64,000 bases of DNA, from positions 40,054,001-40,118,000 of the forward strand of contig NC_087245.1 in NCBI RefSeq assembly GCF_037042905.1, read 5' to 3'. The notes under the pieces are model-generated. The model did no database searches. It saw nothing but the letters and a program-made list of their open reading frames with translations, and had not been told where the DNA came from. Shown one piece after another: positions 36,527-49,999 of this stretch (within the stretch, counting starts at the first letter, position 1; the number at the start of each line of letters is the position of its first letter). Both the position numbers and the translations under genes were made by a program. This stretch comes from Lytechinus pictus (lineage: Eukaryota).

Positions 36527-37719
36527 TCAAGTCCACCCCAGAAAAATGTTGATTTGAATAAATAGAGAAAAATCAAACTAGCATAATGCTGAAAATTTCA
36601 TCAAGATCGGATGTAAAATAAGGAAGATATGACATTTTAAAGTTTCGCTTATTTTTCACAAAACAGTGATACATACATGTACATGTATGCACAACTCCAT
36701 GACATACAAATGAGACAGTCGATGATGTCCCTCACTCACTATTTCTTTTGTTTTTTATTGTTTGAATTATACAATATTTAATTTTTTACAGATTTGTCAA
36801 TAAGGACCAACTTGACTGAACCATAATAAACAATGCTAATTGTACATGTTCAGGGAGGAATTAAAGGGATGCCCCGGGCTGACAATTATTTATACCTAAA
36901 TAAATAGAGTAAAATTCACAAAGCAAAATGCTGAAAATTTCATCAAAATCGGATAACAAATAATGAAGTTATTGAATTTTAAAGTTTAGCAATATTTTGT
37001 GAAAACAGTATATATGCAAGTCGTCATGAATATTCATTAGGTGGGCTGATGATGTCATATTCCTTTTTCTTATGTTATTACATGCACATCATATCAGAAT
37101 TGTCTCATTTTTCATACAGTGTACGTACATGTATGTGTATAAATGATGTGTCTCCATTATGATGAATAAGTTGCACTTAATCAGTTGTCAATCCAATTGT
37201 TTTAGTTCTTGGCAGAAAATTTTGGAATAAACCTAATTTCATATAATAAAATACAAAAGAACAAGTGGGGATACATGAATGACATCTTCAGCCCACCTAA
37301 TGAATATTCATAAAGACATGCCTAGAACTCTTTCACCGGCAGAATGAAAATCTTTAAAAATTCAACAACTTTGTTTATATTTGTTATCTAATTTTCACTC
37401 TATTTATTGAAATACAAATATCTTCAGCCTGGAGCATCCCTTTAATGGTTGTTTCACTTGACTATGAGGAGAAAATTAAAATATTTCATATACATGTAAT
37501 AAAATACAAAAGAATAGTGGATGACGTCATCAGTCTCCTCATTTGCATACCGACCAGGATGTGCATATAAAGTGTTTTGTGAAATTAAGTGAAACTTTAA
37601 AATGTCATAACTTTCTTAATATCTTACATGTACATCCAATTTTGATTAAATTTTCATTGTTATGCTTGTTAAATTTTTCTCTCCTTAATAAAATCAACTT
37701 TTTGTTGGGATTGACTTGG
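36527..37719. mobile_element. Kolobok-like MITE family copy, interrupted by a nested element
   Basis: TCAAGTCCACCCCAG start; body homologous to 40564-41167 on both sides of the insert. Confidence 0.75.
36865..37441. mobile_element. Nested TTAA-TSD element (Kolobok-like)
   Basis: TTAA|AGGGATGCCCCGGGCTG...CAGCCTGGAGCATCCCT|TTAA. Confidence 0.85.
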
Positions 37720-39836
37720 GAAACCAAAGTACAAGGACGGAATCCATCTTATCAGAAAGAATAAAATGATACATGTAGGAGTGATCTGAAACTAGTTTCA
37801 TCAAAATCGGTTATAGAATAAATGAGTTATGGAAGTTTGACATGTCTTCTTGTATTTTCTATCTATGGGGATCCTCAAATTGGCAAATATGCTTCAAAAT
37901 GGCTGATTTTGTGGACAACTCTCCATTTGTTTTGTACACAAATTTTCAGATAATTACCCCCTTGTATTATCTCCTCCTGACCTTGACATATGTGATGTGA
38001 ATTACATTTTGCTATGACATACTTTATGTTATGCTCAGAAGGAGGCAAGATGCAATTTGACATACATGTATAATGGGGAAAATCTGAAAATTTGTGTTCA
38101 AAACAAACGAAGAGTTGTCCACAATGACAAAATCTGCAAATCTGAAGCATGGTGGCCAATTTGAGTGGCATGGAAAGTACAATAATACTTTTTAAACGTT
38201 CATAACTTGCTTATTTCATAACCGATTTTGATGAAACTTGTTTTAATTGTTTCTCTCATTTTACTCTTTCCATTAAGATTGCTTCTCTTCTTAATAGGTT
38301 TTTTTAAGTTTCAGATTTTCAGGTAGGCCTACACACATGTACATGTTAAATTCTAGGAATATTTTTACCTTGAATACATCTAACTTGATGACATCTCCCT
38401 TGTAAATTACATTTTTTAGGGTTATTACTAATTCAGATTCCATAGAGTTCATTATTTTTACCGAACCGTTTGTGAACTGTCTGTAAAACTGAGTGCATTA
38501 TCTTGCCAATGAAAGCTGGATAGAAAAAAAAAATTAGCCCTAATTTCCAGCCAGGAATTTAATACTTTGCACATACATGTATACATGAAAAGCCAGTATT
38601 GAAAATACTGGACACCTTCATACCTGGTTTTAATAATGCTGCAACTTGGGCGTTCAGCTTAAGATTCTAACTGGCCTGTATGATTTTAACAGCCTGTAGG
38701 CATCTGAGCTGAAGTAGCCTACATGCATGCATGATCCCCATAGCTGCCAACCAACGTACCCTGGAACCATTTGATTTGATTGGAGTTTCATGCTTGCCTG
38801 ACACGCCATCCCTGTAGTCTGCAGGCACAGACCCTTGGTTCTCGCAATTCGAATGGTGCATAACGCAGAGTCTGGAGTAGTGAGACTAAATTCACTATGT
38901 ACTGTGGCTGGCTTTTATTGGACACAGACAGAGCTTTTGGCATCTAGTCTTCACACTAGACATGGTATAATTGGTCAGAGTGTCAAGTATGAGTCTGTGC
39001 TTTCAGACTACCATCACCCCTATTGGTTGCAATCCAAGGGAAATCAAATCATAGCATGTTCATGTCTAGGTTGTCCTCATCGGCTTGTACTCTACACTTT
39101 TTGCCTTTCGGCTGTCGTTGCAATTGCTGTGTGATTTGGTACCTCACTGGTTTGGACAAAAAAACAAAAACCTGTTTTCTCTAGGGAATCACAACAGACC
39201 TGGTTGTGTATTCAATTAAAGAAATTGTTTGGAGATTCATAGGAGATTTATACAGACCTGTGGAACTACAGTATACATGTACATGCCATCTCCTTCATCT
39301 CTTTTAATATCCAATGAGAATGAATCTCCGTTTTCGTTCCAGACAAAATGAAAAAATTGCAAGTGAATGTAATTTCATGAAAATTTGATTTAGAATTAGC
39401 TTTGGCAATTTGATTTTAGTACACGTATGAAGCAAAAGTTTTTGTGATGGTTGGCTGATATACATGCAGGCCTACATGTACATGTAAATGTAAACTTCAT
39501 GGGCCTACAGGTATACAAATGATCAATGCAGTTGTGCAGTGATAAACATTGACCCCCTGACACTGGTTGATGTTTCCGCTGCTGCCCGTCTTTCAAATCC
39601 TTGGGTGTGCATTCTTCCACAGAGGTGACCCCAAACAATACTCAGGAATGGGGAAGGACGTCGAAAATGTCATTTCTCCAAGTCAACCTGATTGTTTACT
39701 ATGCTATTTCTGTGTACACATTGGAAGCAAATTGTGACCAGTGTACATATTAGACGCCTGCGGTCGTGTCAGTGCATACAGACTCAAGCACTGCGGTAAT
39801 TGAACCACCTGTATACGTTAAGACCTACATGTGCAT

Positions 39837-40236
39837 GGGTAAATTGCCAACTCGTCCACTCACCACATGGTCTACCTTCATTTAGTCCAATGCCATTCCG
39901 TCCAACATTTCGTCTAACAACTATTTGGTCCAATGACTATTTAGTCCAATCATCACTTCGTCTAATCACCACTTCGTCTATTACCATTTCGTCTATTAAC
40001 CAGTTGGTCTTATACCCATTTTCTTTTCATTCATTTTGCACAATTAACACTTTAGTGTAATCAGACCAAATGGTATATGGACTAAATGGCTATTGGACCA
40101 ACTGGTTATTAGATGGAATGGCATTAGACTAAATGAAAGTAGACCATGTGGTGAGTGAACGAACTTATGGTAGACCAAATGACAGTAGCAAGTTGGCAAT
40201 TGGACGAATTGGCATTAGACGGATTGGAAATAAACC
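39837..40236. mobile_element. Fold-back repeat element with internal (CGTCTA/GTCCAA) sub-repeats
   Basis: TTGCCAACT..CACTCACCACATGGTCTAC is mirrored by GTAGACCATGTGGTGAGTG..AGTTGGCAA. Confidence 0.7.
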
Positions 40237-40563
40237 TGTACATGTAGGGTCCACACATATAGGCTTACATCCTAATCTGTATACCGTACTGCAACAAGCA
40301 TGCCATTGCAAATTGACCCCACCCCCTAAAAAAGCAAATAAATAATCACCTCCCCCCCAAAAAAAAAAAATCCACAAAACTACAACAAAATCAAAATAAC
40401 AAAACGAAAACTAAAACTCCTCCCAACCCCCAAAACACAACAACAATTTACAACAAATAAAAAAATAAGTGTTTGATACCGCAAAATAAAGAAAAAAGCC
40501 TTAAAAATGTACAGACAGTACATGTATGTCCGTTTTTATTAAAGGCTATTTAACGAAATTTAA

Positions 40564-41167
40564 AGGACAAGTCCACCCCAACAAAAAGTTGATTTGAATA
40601 AAAAGAGAAACATCCAACAAGCATAACACTGAAAATTTCATCAAAATCGGATGTAAAATAAGAAAGTTATGATATTTTAAAGTTTTGCTTAATTTCACAA
40701 AACAGTTATAGATGCACATCCTGGTCAGTATGCAAATGAGGAGACTGATGATGTCATCCACTCACTATTTCTTTTGTATTTTATTATATGAAATATTCTA
40801 ATTTTCTCCTCTTTGTCAAGTAAAAACGATGATAAATTCCTCCCTGAACATGTGGAATTAGCATTGTTTAATGCTATATGTTTCAGTCAACTTGGCCCTT
40901 ATTGTCAAATCTGTAAAAATGAAATATTGTATAATTAAAACAATAAAAAAAAACAATAGAAATAGTGAGTGGTGGACATCATCGACTGACTCATTTGCAC
41001 GACACTGAATTCTGCATATCACTGTTTTGTGAAAAATAGCGAAACTTTAAAATGCCATAACTTTCTTTAATATTTTACATCCGAATTTGATGAAATTTTG
41101 AGCGTTATGCTAGTTTGATTTTTCTCTATTTATTCAAATCAACATTTTTCTGGGGTGGACTTGACCT
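40564..41167. mobile_element. Kolobok-like MITE, 604 bp, TTAA TSD
   Basis: TTAA|AGGACAAGTCCACCCCA...TGGGGTGGACTTGACCT|TTAA. Confidence 0.9.
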
Positions 41168-41171
41168 TTAA

Positions 41172-42107
41172 GGACGTTCCACTGTTAAAGTGAAATCCAT
41201 GTCATTTTCACCAAACTTTGCACATAGATACTTTAGAACCTTAATATTCGAAATATGCAAAAATTAACATAGGTCCATGTGCTTGATTTTTTGCTATAGA
41301 GCTTCAAAGTTCACCCAAATTGATGTTCTTAAGAATTGCGCATTCAAAAGAATTTGGCATTTTTAGACCGCCCAAGATTACTACAATGAGTTTAAACCTC
41401 TATTACTCAGTCAAAATACATGAAAAAGTCATCAAATTTCGCAAGAGAGTTAATAATTGTATCGTTAGAATGGAGAATCTATTTATAGTGCTATTTGTTT
41501 GCAATTTTAAGTTTAACAGCACTGTCAGTTCTTAAAAATGGCGTTAAAGATAACAAAATCCCAATCTAAAAAATGTAAAATTTCAGTAGCAAACTACAAA
41601 CGTACAATAAATGCTGCACTTTATTCAAAATCCATGTCATTTTCACCAAAATTTGCAGAGTTGTAGAGGAAGGTATACCTAAGAGGTACAAACATTAAAA
41701 AATAGGGGTTCATGTACTTGTTTTTAAACTATCATCATTTTTATTAGAACAAATGTGCTTTTTTAAGCACCAAAAATGCGCCGAATGCTTAATATCTATG
41801 TGAAGAAAAAATCAAAACCACTCTACCATTTATTCAAACTCGGGGTAATATTCGTGATTCTTGGCAGCACTGCAGAGTAAAGTATTTTGAAAATGTAGAG
41901 AATATTTTTTTGAATGGTCCATGGAATAATTCCATTTTTTAGCTTCATGAAATAACGCATCGGATCTGCAGTTAAAGTGCAGAAGATGAGAAAAATCAGC
42001 TCATACCCGTAGCTAATTAATCACCTGTTCATCCATTGTGACGTCAGCGCGCATAGTGTAAACTATGCGCAGATCATAATGCGCACAAACATAACTGTGG
42101 AACGTCC
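41172..42107. mobile_element. Kolobok-like non-autonomous transposon, 936 bp (copy 2)
   Basis: TTAA TSD; near-identical to 13251-14186. Confidence 0.9.
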
Positions 42108-42513
42108 TTAAGTAAAGCAAATGTACATTGATAGGTTTGTGTCCTCTGGGCCTGCATTGAATTGATGCAAAATGTTGTGTTTTAGTTACCTACATGTAGT
42201 ATTATTATCAAAACAATTGCTCTGCAGCAGTAAAGGACAGACATTTTGAAAGATATACATGTACATGTATGCGTAGTGCACATGATTAATATAATTCATG
42301 AATTTCATTGCTTTTAAAACTATCTTAACTACTTTACATTACATGTACAGTCTGGAATCAATCATGAAGGTCAATTTAAAGTGCAGTTGAACATTGGATT
42401 GAACAACTCAAAGGAAAAGAAATACTGGTATTTCAATTAAATTCACTGCCAACTCATGGGGGAACATCATTGCAGTGCATAACTCACTATTCTGTCAGTG
42501 TCTGTAACACCAA

Positions 42514-43020
42514 GGGTGTGTTCAATGTCGATTTTCAAATTCAAACAGCAACATGAATCATGATTGAAGACTCAATTCCAAAACACCGAACACAAACACG
42601 ATCAGCGGTGCACTGTTCATTGTCGAAAAATATAAAGCCGTTTATATGTTGATCGTCTTTAAATTTCCCGCTTTCGTTTTTTATACCCATCACAAGAAAG
42701 GTCAGTTCTGGCACCTGTTTGTGTAGGCTTCCACTGCGAGAGCAAATTTAAAGACGTTTCAAAATGCAGTTGTGTTCAATGTCGCATTCGCAATGCTCAA
42801 GGTCGTAAATTTGAGTTGATCGCGTTTACAAACGCATCTTTTTTATGTTTGAATTTTCCTTCGAATCGTGATTTGAAAGACGTTTAATTTTTCGACCAAG
42901 AATAGTGGACATTGAACACACCCTTTGTTTCTCATTATAATATATCCACGTTTTGTAATTACGTTTTCAATCATGATCCATGTTGCCGTTTAAATTTGGA
43001 AACCAACATTGAACACACCC
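42514..43020. mobile_element. Harbinger-like MITE
   Basis: GGGTGTGTTCAATGT...ACATTGAACACACCC TIR, with internal copies of the TIR motif. Confidence 0.75.
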
Positions 43021-44108
43021 TAAGATGGACTGGTATAAATGCAGTTTTTATTTTCTGAATGATCCACATGGCTTCTAGTTCAATTTTACAATAGCCAAGG
43101 GTTCTAAACTTTGTATTTCAAATACATGTATTGCAAGCTTCGATATACAGCTGATTGTTCATGTTCATGTTTTAATAGTGCAAGAAGTTCCCGAGGAATT
43201 TTTATCCTGTGTATTGCAAAATAGATTTACATGTACATGTAGGCCTACAATTGTCCCAAAATTTTATAAAGTCTTTTTGGTTATGGGGGGGGGGGTTCAT
43301 TTAGGTTCCAATTATTAAAAAGGATTCAGTTGTAAAGAAACAAACAGCTATAAAACACAATTTGATTACCTACATGTATCATGAAAACTTGTAATTTTGA
43401 AGTCTACAGATTATTTCATGTACATGTAATTAGAATATTAATAGCATCTGTAATACAGATGGGAAGAAACATTTCATGTGGTGCCTGTTTTGTGCCTCTG
43501 CGTCTCGTGGGTACAGTATGGTGGCTCGGAATACGGTTGATATTAAATTTGGGCGATTATGAGAAAAAGATGGCAGGGTATTATGGCTCATTGAGGCGTG
43601 AGAATTGATATGGTTGATAGGTGAAGTGGCTCGGCAATGATGAGATTTACCGTGAGGGCGCCAGGTGGCGTGGAGCTCCTATTACTGATGATCATTCATC
43701 TTGATGTGAACGACCCAAGACATAATAAAGAAGACTTATATGCCTTCAACTATGAAACAATGTTATTGGTATTGTATTCCTCAATCTTGTAGATCACAAA
43801 CAAATTTATAGATTACAAAGAGGAATGAATGGCAGTGTTTGAGACCTTCAAATATATATCTGAACTTAGGACCTGCATGTATCTTTTCCAGAAACTTTGT
43901 GATGATACATTAATGTGTCATTTATATCGTGGGAGCTAGTGCCATTGAATGTTTCTTCATCATCATCGTCATTATCCTTGTCATCGTCATCATCACCATC
44001 ACTACCATCATCATCAACATCGTCATCATCCTCATCATTATTCATCTATCATCATCTTAAAAGCAATGTTTTATTATGTTTAGTCATTTAAAAATTTTAA
44101 ACTGTTCA

Positions 44109-44693
44109 TTTTTGTCTCGACTGTATAGCAGAGCGAGACAGCATGTATAGGCGCCTTTTTTCTGTCAACATTGAAATCTGAACCATGACCCAAAGTCAAA
44201 GGTCAGGGTTAATGAACTTAGACCATGTTGGGGGAATCATCATCGAAATCTTAACCAAGGTTAAGTTTTGAAATGTCGTAACTTTGAAAGTTTATGGATC
44301 TACATGTAGTTCATGAAACTTGGATATAAGGGTAATGGTGTAACACTGAAAATCCTGTCTGAGTTACAAGTCACATGACCAAGGTCAAAGGTCATCTTGG
44401 GTCAACGAACTTCGGCCATGTTGGGGTATTGTTGAATTGCCATCATAACTAAAAGTTTATTGATTGAAACTTTGATATAAGAGCAATCAAGTGTCATTGA
44501 ACATCTTGTGTGAGATTCAGGTCACATGACCAAGGTCAAAAGTCATTTAGGGTCAGTGAACATAGTATTTTATTATCATATGAATTGTGTGTTTTTGAAA
44601 AAATAACTATTCAATAGTTGTTTTTCAAAGTCATTACTGCTGCTATATTGAATGGCATACTGCAGGTGAGACTGCAAGAGGTGCTCCACTTGT
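44109..44693 (+). mobile_element. Helentron/HINE-like element, copy 2
   Basis: TTTTTGTCTCG..CAGAGCGAGAC start and GCAGGTGAGACTGC..CCACTTGT end; same GTCACATGACCAAGGTCAAAGGTCA repeats as 13085-15208. Confidence 0.7.
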
Positions 44694-44741
44694 AAATTTC
44701 ATAGGAAAAAACCCCCACAGATGTCACTTTTAGAACTTTGA

Positions 44742-45074
<333 letters not shown>

Positions 45075-45548
45075 TGACAACATGGGTGGATATGGAGGGG
45101 GAAGGCAAGGTTTATTATTTTCACATAGAATAAATCATGGATGATGATTAATAATGATAAATCATGGGGATCTATTTTAACGTGCGAAGAGGTGGATTGC
45201 AGACGTAGTGATGCACGATTCCAGGAAAAGTATTATGGGAACTTCAAACTTCTAAAGTAATTAAAATTCTTTCATCAGCATTATGAATTGCTGTACATCA
45301 AGGACAGGATGTACAAAGTGCAGAGTGAATGAAGGATATGACAAAAACATATTTACTTTATTTTTAGACATGGTTATAATATTACTGTGTCAATATTGAT
45401 TGTTGACTGAGTCAGTCAGGTGTCTGATGACCCTGTCTGAAAGCTCAAATGGGGGAAGTTCTTGAATAAACTCGGCAGCTACCACCAATTGGCTCGAAGT
45501 AATAAATATTAATCGCATTTTATAGCAGCAACTCATCTGTCACTTTAA

Positions 45549-46589
45549 AGGAGAAATATATTGATTATGAATATGGCCTTATTATATATCAGTGGAAAGG
45601 TCATGATGTGGGGATTATCATTTGGCCATTCAAAAATAACGAAAGTAATACATAAGGTGGAAATCGCCAATTAAAAAGCGCTAAAATGCCTCTCCGAAAT
45701 ACGCCTCTCATCGGTCTCTGAATTGACTCGAATTTGATGACGTGTATGAGTGTACGAGAGACGTGATTGGCTTTCCCACGGTAAGCTCCACTTGCATGCA
45801 AAACCTGTTGCGAGGGTACGTTTTTCTCCACACTGTCACTGAATACTTCGATCACGAAAAAAGAAAACCCAGAAGTTTAGCTAGATTTTGGATTTTCAAA
45901 TTGATGATTTTGAAGATGAAGAGAATGATGATGAAGTTTCTAGCTCTAGTGACGTGGATGGGGGTAAATTAGGGGAATTGCCTCTATGATGATGAGTCGG
46001 ACAATTCAACTTGCATGCCGATTCGCTACCAACTCATGCAGCTACTAGTGCTAGCTGCACGCACGTAGGCCTACCGCGGGCCAAAATAAATCCATGAAAT
46101 TCCAGTCACTCGTTCTGTTAGATATAATTTCTACCTCATTATTTTGACAAAATTACGAAACTCTGGGAATTATTTATCTCTATAAAAATATAGGAACACC
46201 TCGTATTATTTTTAAACTACGATAAAACCTTTTTTGAAGCAAAAAGTTGAGGTAAATTAGAATTAGATGTAAAAGATCATCCCCAACATGCGTAGCTCGT
46301 ATGTGATTGTAAACAAACCTTCACAAACACACATTGCTTGCTCGCCTTGGCTGAGAGAGTAGGTGCACGTGTTGCACAGCTCTCAATCGGCATTTTGGAT
46401 GGTTTGTTTACAATTTCGCGGACGTAATTGAGCGTGTGCGAAGCATTTAGAGAGAGAACTTTAAAATATCAATTAAGTGAGTTTCATCGGTCTCCATGAT
46501 AAATGATGTACACCATCGTGTTCTTCTTATTTTCCCCTTTAATTTGATATATAATTCTTCATTTTTATGATTTTCAATATATTTCTACT
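45549..46589. mobile_element. TTAA-TSD non-autonomous element (Kolobok-like)
   Basis: TTAA|AGGAGAAATATATTGA...TCAATATATTTCTACT|TTAA; CpG-rich interior. Confidence 0.75.
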
Positions 46590-47846
46590 TTAAGAGTTAA
46601 CGTGCTATGAACTTGTTGTTCTAATCTGTCTCCTTTCTACAACATGTCAGAAATTCTTAGCCCTGTCTTTTCACAATTAATTGATTTACAAAGCGATTCT
46701 ATTGATTTGTTTATTTCCCAGATGTCAAATGAAAACATGTTCCATAGACCCCCCCACCATCTTCTGAAAAATCCCAAAGCTCATCAGTGTCAAATGAGGA
46801 TTTGAACCTTGAACCCTCAAGTTGTGAGTCCATAAAACAAACCACCACATACAATGGCATTTTCATGTCTTTTCACCCTCTTCTCTAAAGTTTATTCATC
46901 CTCTGCATAATTCTTATCAAAGAATTGTTGTGATAATAATTTTGGAAAAAAAAATTATGTGATATTAACCCACCAGCAACTTATGAAAACAATATTGGAT
47001 TATTGGTATTCAATAAAAAAATGATTTATGAGATGACTTTGACAGTTTCATTTTTTGTTATGTGTGTTTTTCACAAAGAAGTATTCCTTCTACTTGAAAT
47101 ATCTCAAAAGCATGGTTCTGTGTGTGACGAATATAGAAAAGGAAAAGTTAGATATTTTTCAGGAAATTAAAATGATCACGGCAATGGCTTCCTGTAATTT
47201 TGTTTTTTTAGCATGGGAGTTTATTTCCATAATAATTTAATATGTCATCCTTAGTCATCCTGTATAGAGAGTAACCATGGAATGAAGACATCTAGGAATT
47301 ACATGTAGGAACAAACAAAGTTAAGATTTCAAAATCATCAAACAAGTTGTCCTCATAGTGTATCATGAAAATTTTAATCATAAATTAATGAATGAATTTG
47401 AGATTTTTAAAAATAATTAATGTCAATGAGATGTTAGGATTTATGTAGAGATTAATTCTTGATTTTTTTTTACAAGCCTCATGTATGCTTGTGTCAGTTA
47501 CATGTATGCCTGATATGGAAAACCTGAATTAAAAGAAAAGTGTAAAAGAAATAGAAAGTCCATCATTCTCCCTTGGTATTTAATAACAGCAAAATCACAC
47601 TCTAAAAACAATCTTTTCAAATATCATTAGAAATTTTTGCCTTACATAGATAAAACGAAAATGAATGAAATAAGATACAGTAATAATGATCTTGTTCCCT
47701 AATTACATTGTAGTGTCAATCCAACATGTATTTCACATTTCACTTGGAGCAGAAAATTGTAATAATTCTAATTGTTTGTATATGACCTATAACCAAAGAT
47801 CTTTAATTTTTTTTTTTTTTTTTTGGGGGGGGGAGTGGCCCATTTT

Positions 47847-48500
47847 TCATTCATATGATATTCATGATTCACAAGACTGTTTTACTATTGTTTTGTCGCT
47901 TGTAAAGCAAGCATCCCTTTAATAGAGATTTACCATTCTTCATTCATATGATATTCATGATTCACAAGACTGTTTTACTATTGTTTTGTCGCTTGTAAAG
48001 CAAGCATCCCTTTAATAGAGATTTACCATTCTGTTACAGTGAGAGCCCACTGAAACTTTCGACTGACAGGTTTGGACATTCCGGGATGCACCTTTCCTTG
48101 GAACCCCCATCTTGGCATGATCATAAAATAAAACTGTTATTATCTTTATTAGCTATGGTCACTTGTCTGAAGTCCCCTTTAAATAGAGATTTGGCTGTAC
48201 AGTTTAATTATACAGATGATGATAGCACACTGAAACTTTAAAGTGACATTTGGGCATTTTGGGATGCACCTCTGTGTCCTCTCCAAGGAAGCTCCTTCAT
48301 GGCATAATCATGAATAAAACTTTATTATCTTCCATGGTCACTTGTCAGTTGTCCCTTTAATAGAGATTTGCCAGTGCATTGCAGTGACAGCCCACCGAAC
48401 CTCGGGTTGACGTTTGGGCATTCTGGGATGCACCACTCCGAGGAAAGAGGAAGCGTGGGGACAGGATGAGGTTTACCAGTTATCACCAGAATCGATCTTG
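47847..48500 (+). repeat. 93-bp tandem duplication followed by degenerate ~170-bp repeats
   Basis: TCATTCATATGATATTC...TTACCATTCT occurs twice; CCCTTTAATAGAGATTT..GGGATGCACC recurs three times. Confidence 0.8.
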
Positions 48501-49402
48501 GCATGTGTGTGTAAACAGGGTTCTCGCCTCCTCACCGCTAGAACTGCGAGTGTAAACAAGGCTATCAGTTTCCTCCCTAAAAAGCCACATTCGTTGCACG
48601 TAAACATTGAATTTCCGGATCCTGGCAGCACGGGGGTGCGGCTGAAGGGGACTTTAAAACAAAACCGGGGCCAGTTACTTGATGTATGTGGATCTTGATA
48701 TTTCTTGTAAATGACATGTACATGTAGGCCTATAATTCTGTAGAATAGTGTTCCCTCTATTTTTTCAGAGAGGAGAGAAGTTACAAACGAAATGCAGATA
48801 TGAGAATTGAAAAAAAATATAAGTGAATTTGATTCAGATTGAGAAGTTAATTTATCTCCATTCTGGAATTCCATTTCTCACTAGTTCAATGTACATGGTA
48901 CATGTAGCTGTTTTGGGGTAGAAAGCTAGAAAGTAGCCTCTTTAAAATGGGCTGACTTTATCCGGGATTCGTCTGTAATAGGCAATTTAGACTGAATTCA
49001 CCCCCCCCCCGCCCCTTCAGACAATTTAATATTAGCAATAGTCGCATTATAGCTTTCTCTGTATGTAGGTTTGAATTGAAACTATTTGACTTAAGAAACT
49101 TACAAGTTATCAATAGGGCCTATAGCTCTTTCCCATTATGATAAAGAGATTGACCTGAAAGCAGCGCGACCATGATTTAATGTACATACTCTGTGCTATT
49201 TCCGTCTCTCTCCTGGGATTACTGCGAAACCTTCCTGAACCAAACCCATTGTACGCTGTACAATAGTTCAGTGACTAATCTGGGTTGAAACCCAGCGAAT
49301 TGATAATTCGGTATTGTATGACCTATAGATAGATGGAAGGAAAGGCATGAGTTATCATCATCCCTTTAAAATCAATGGATATGACTGTATGCTCCTGTTT
49401 AA

Positions 49403-49999
49403 AGGACAAGTCCACCCAGACAAAAAGCTGCTTTGAATAGAAAGAGCAAAATCAGACAAGCATAACGCTGAAAATTTCATCAAAATCCAATCTAAGATAA
49501 GAAAGAAATGACATTTTAAAGTTTTGCTTAATTTCACAAAACAGTTATATGCACATCCTGGTCGGTATGCAAATGAGGGGACCGATGACATCACTCACTC
49601 ACTATTTCTTTTGTATTTTATTATGTGAAATATGGAATATTTTAATATTCTCATAGCCATGTGAAAAAAATAAATCCTCCCTGAACATGTGGGATTCCAT
49701 TGCTTTAACATTTTGTGGTTCAAACAAGAGGGTCCTATTTGTCAAATTCGTAAAAATTGAAATATTGTATCATTCAAACAATAAAAAACAAAAGAAATAG
49801 TGAGTGAGTGACATCATCGACTCTCTCATTTGCATATCACTGAATTGTGCATATAACTGTTTTGTTAAAAATAAGCGAAACTTTAAAATGTCATAACTTT
49901 CTTATTTTACATCCGATTTTGATGACGTTTTCAGCGTTATTCTTGTTTGATTTGTCTATATTTATTCAAATAAACTTTGTTCTGGGGTGGACTTGACCT
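49403..49999. mobile_element. Kolobok-like MITE, TTAA TSD
   Basis: TTAA|AGGACAAGTCCACCCAGA...TCTGGGGTGGACTTGACCT|TTAA. Confidence 0.9.
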
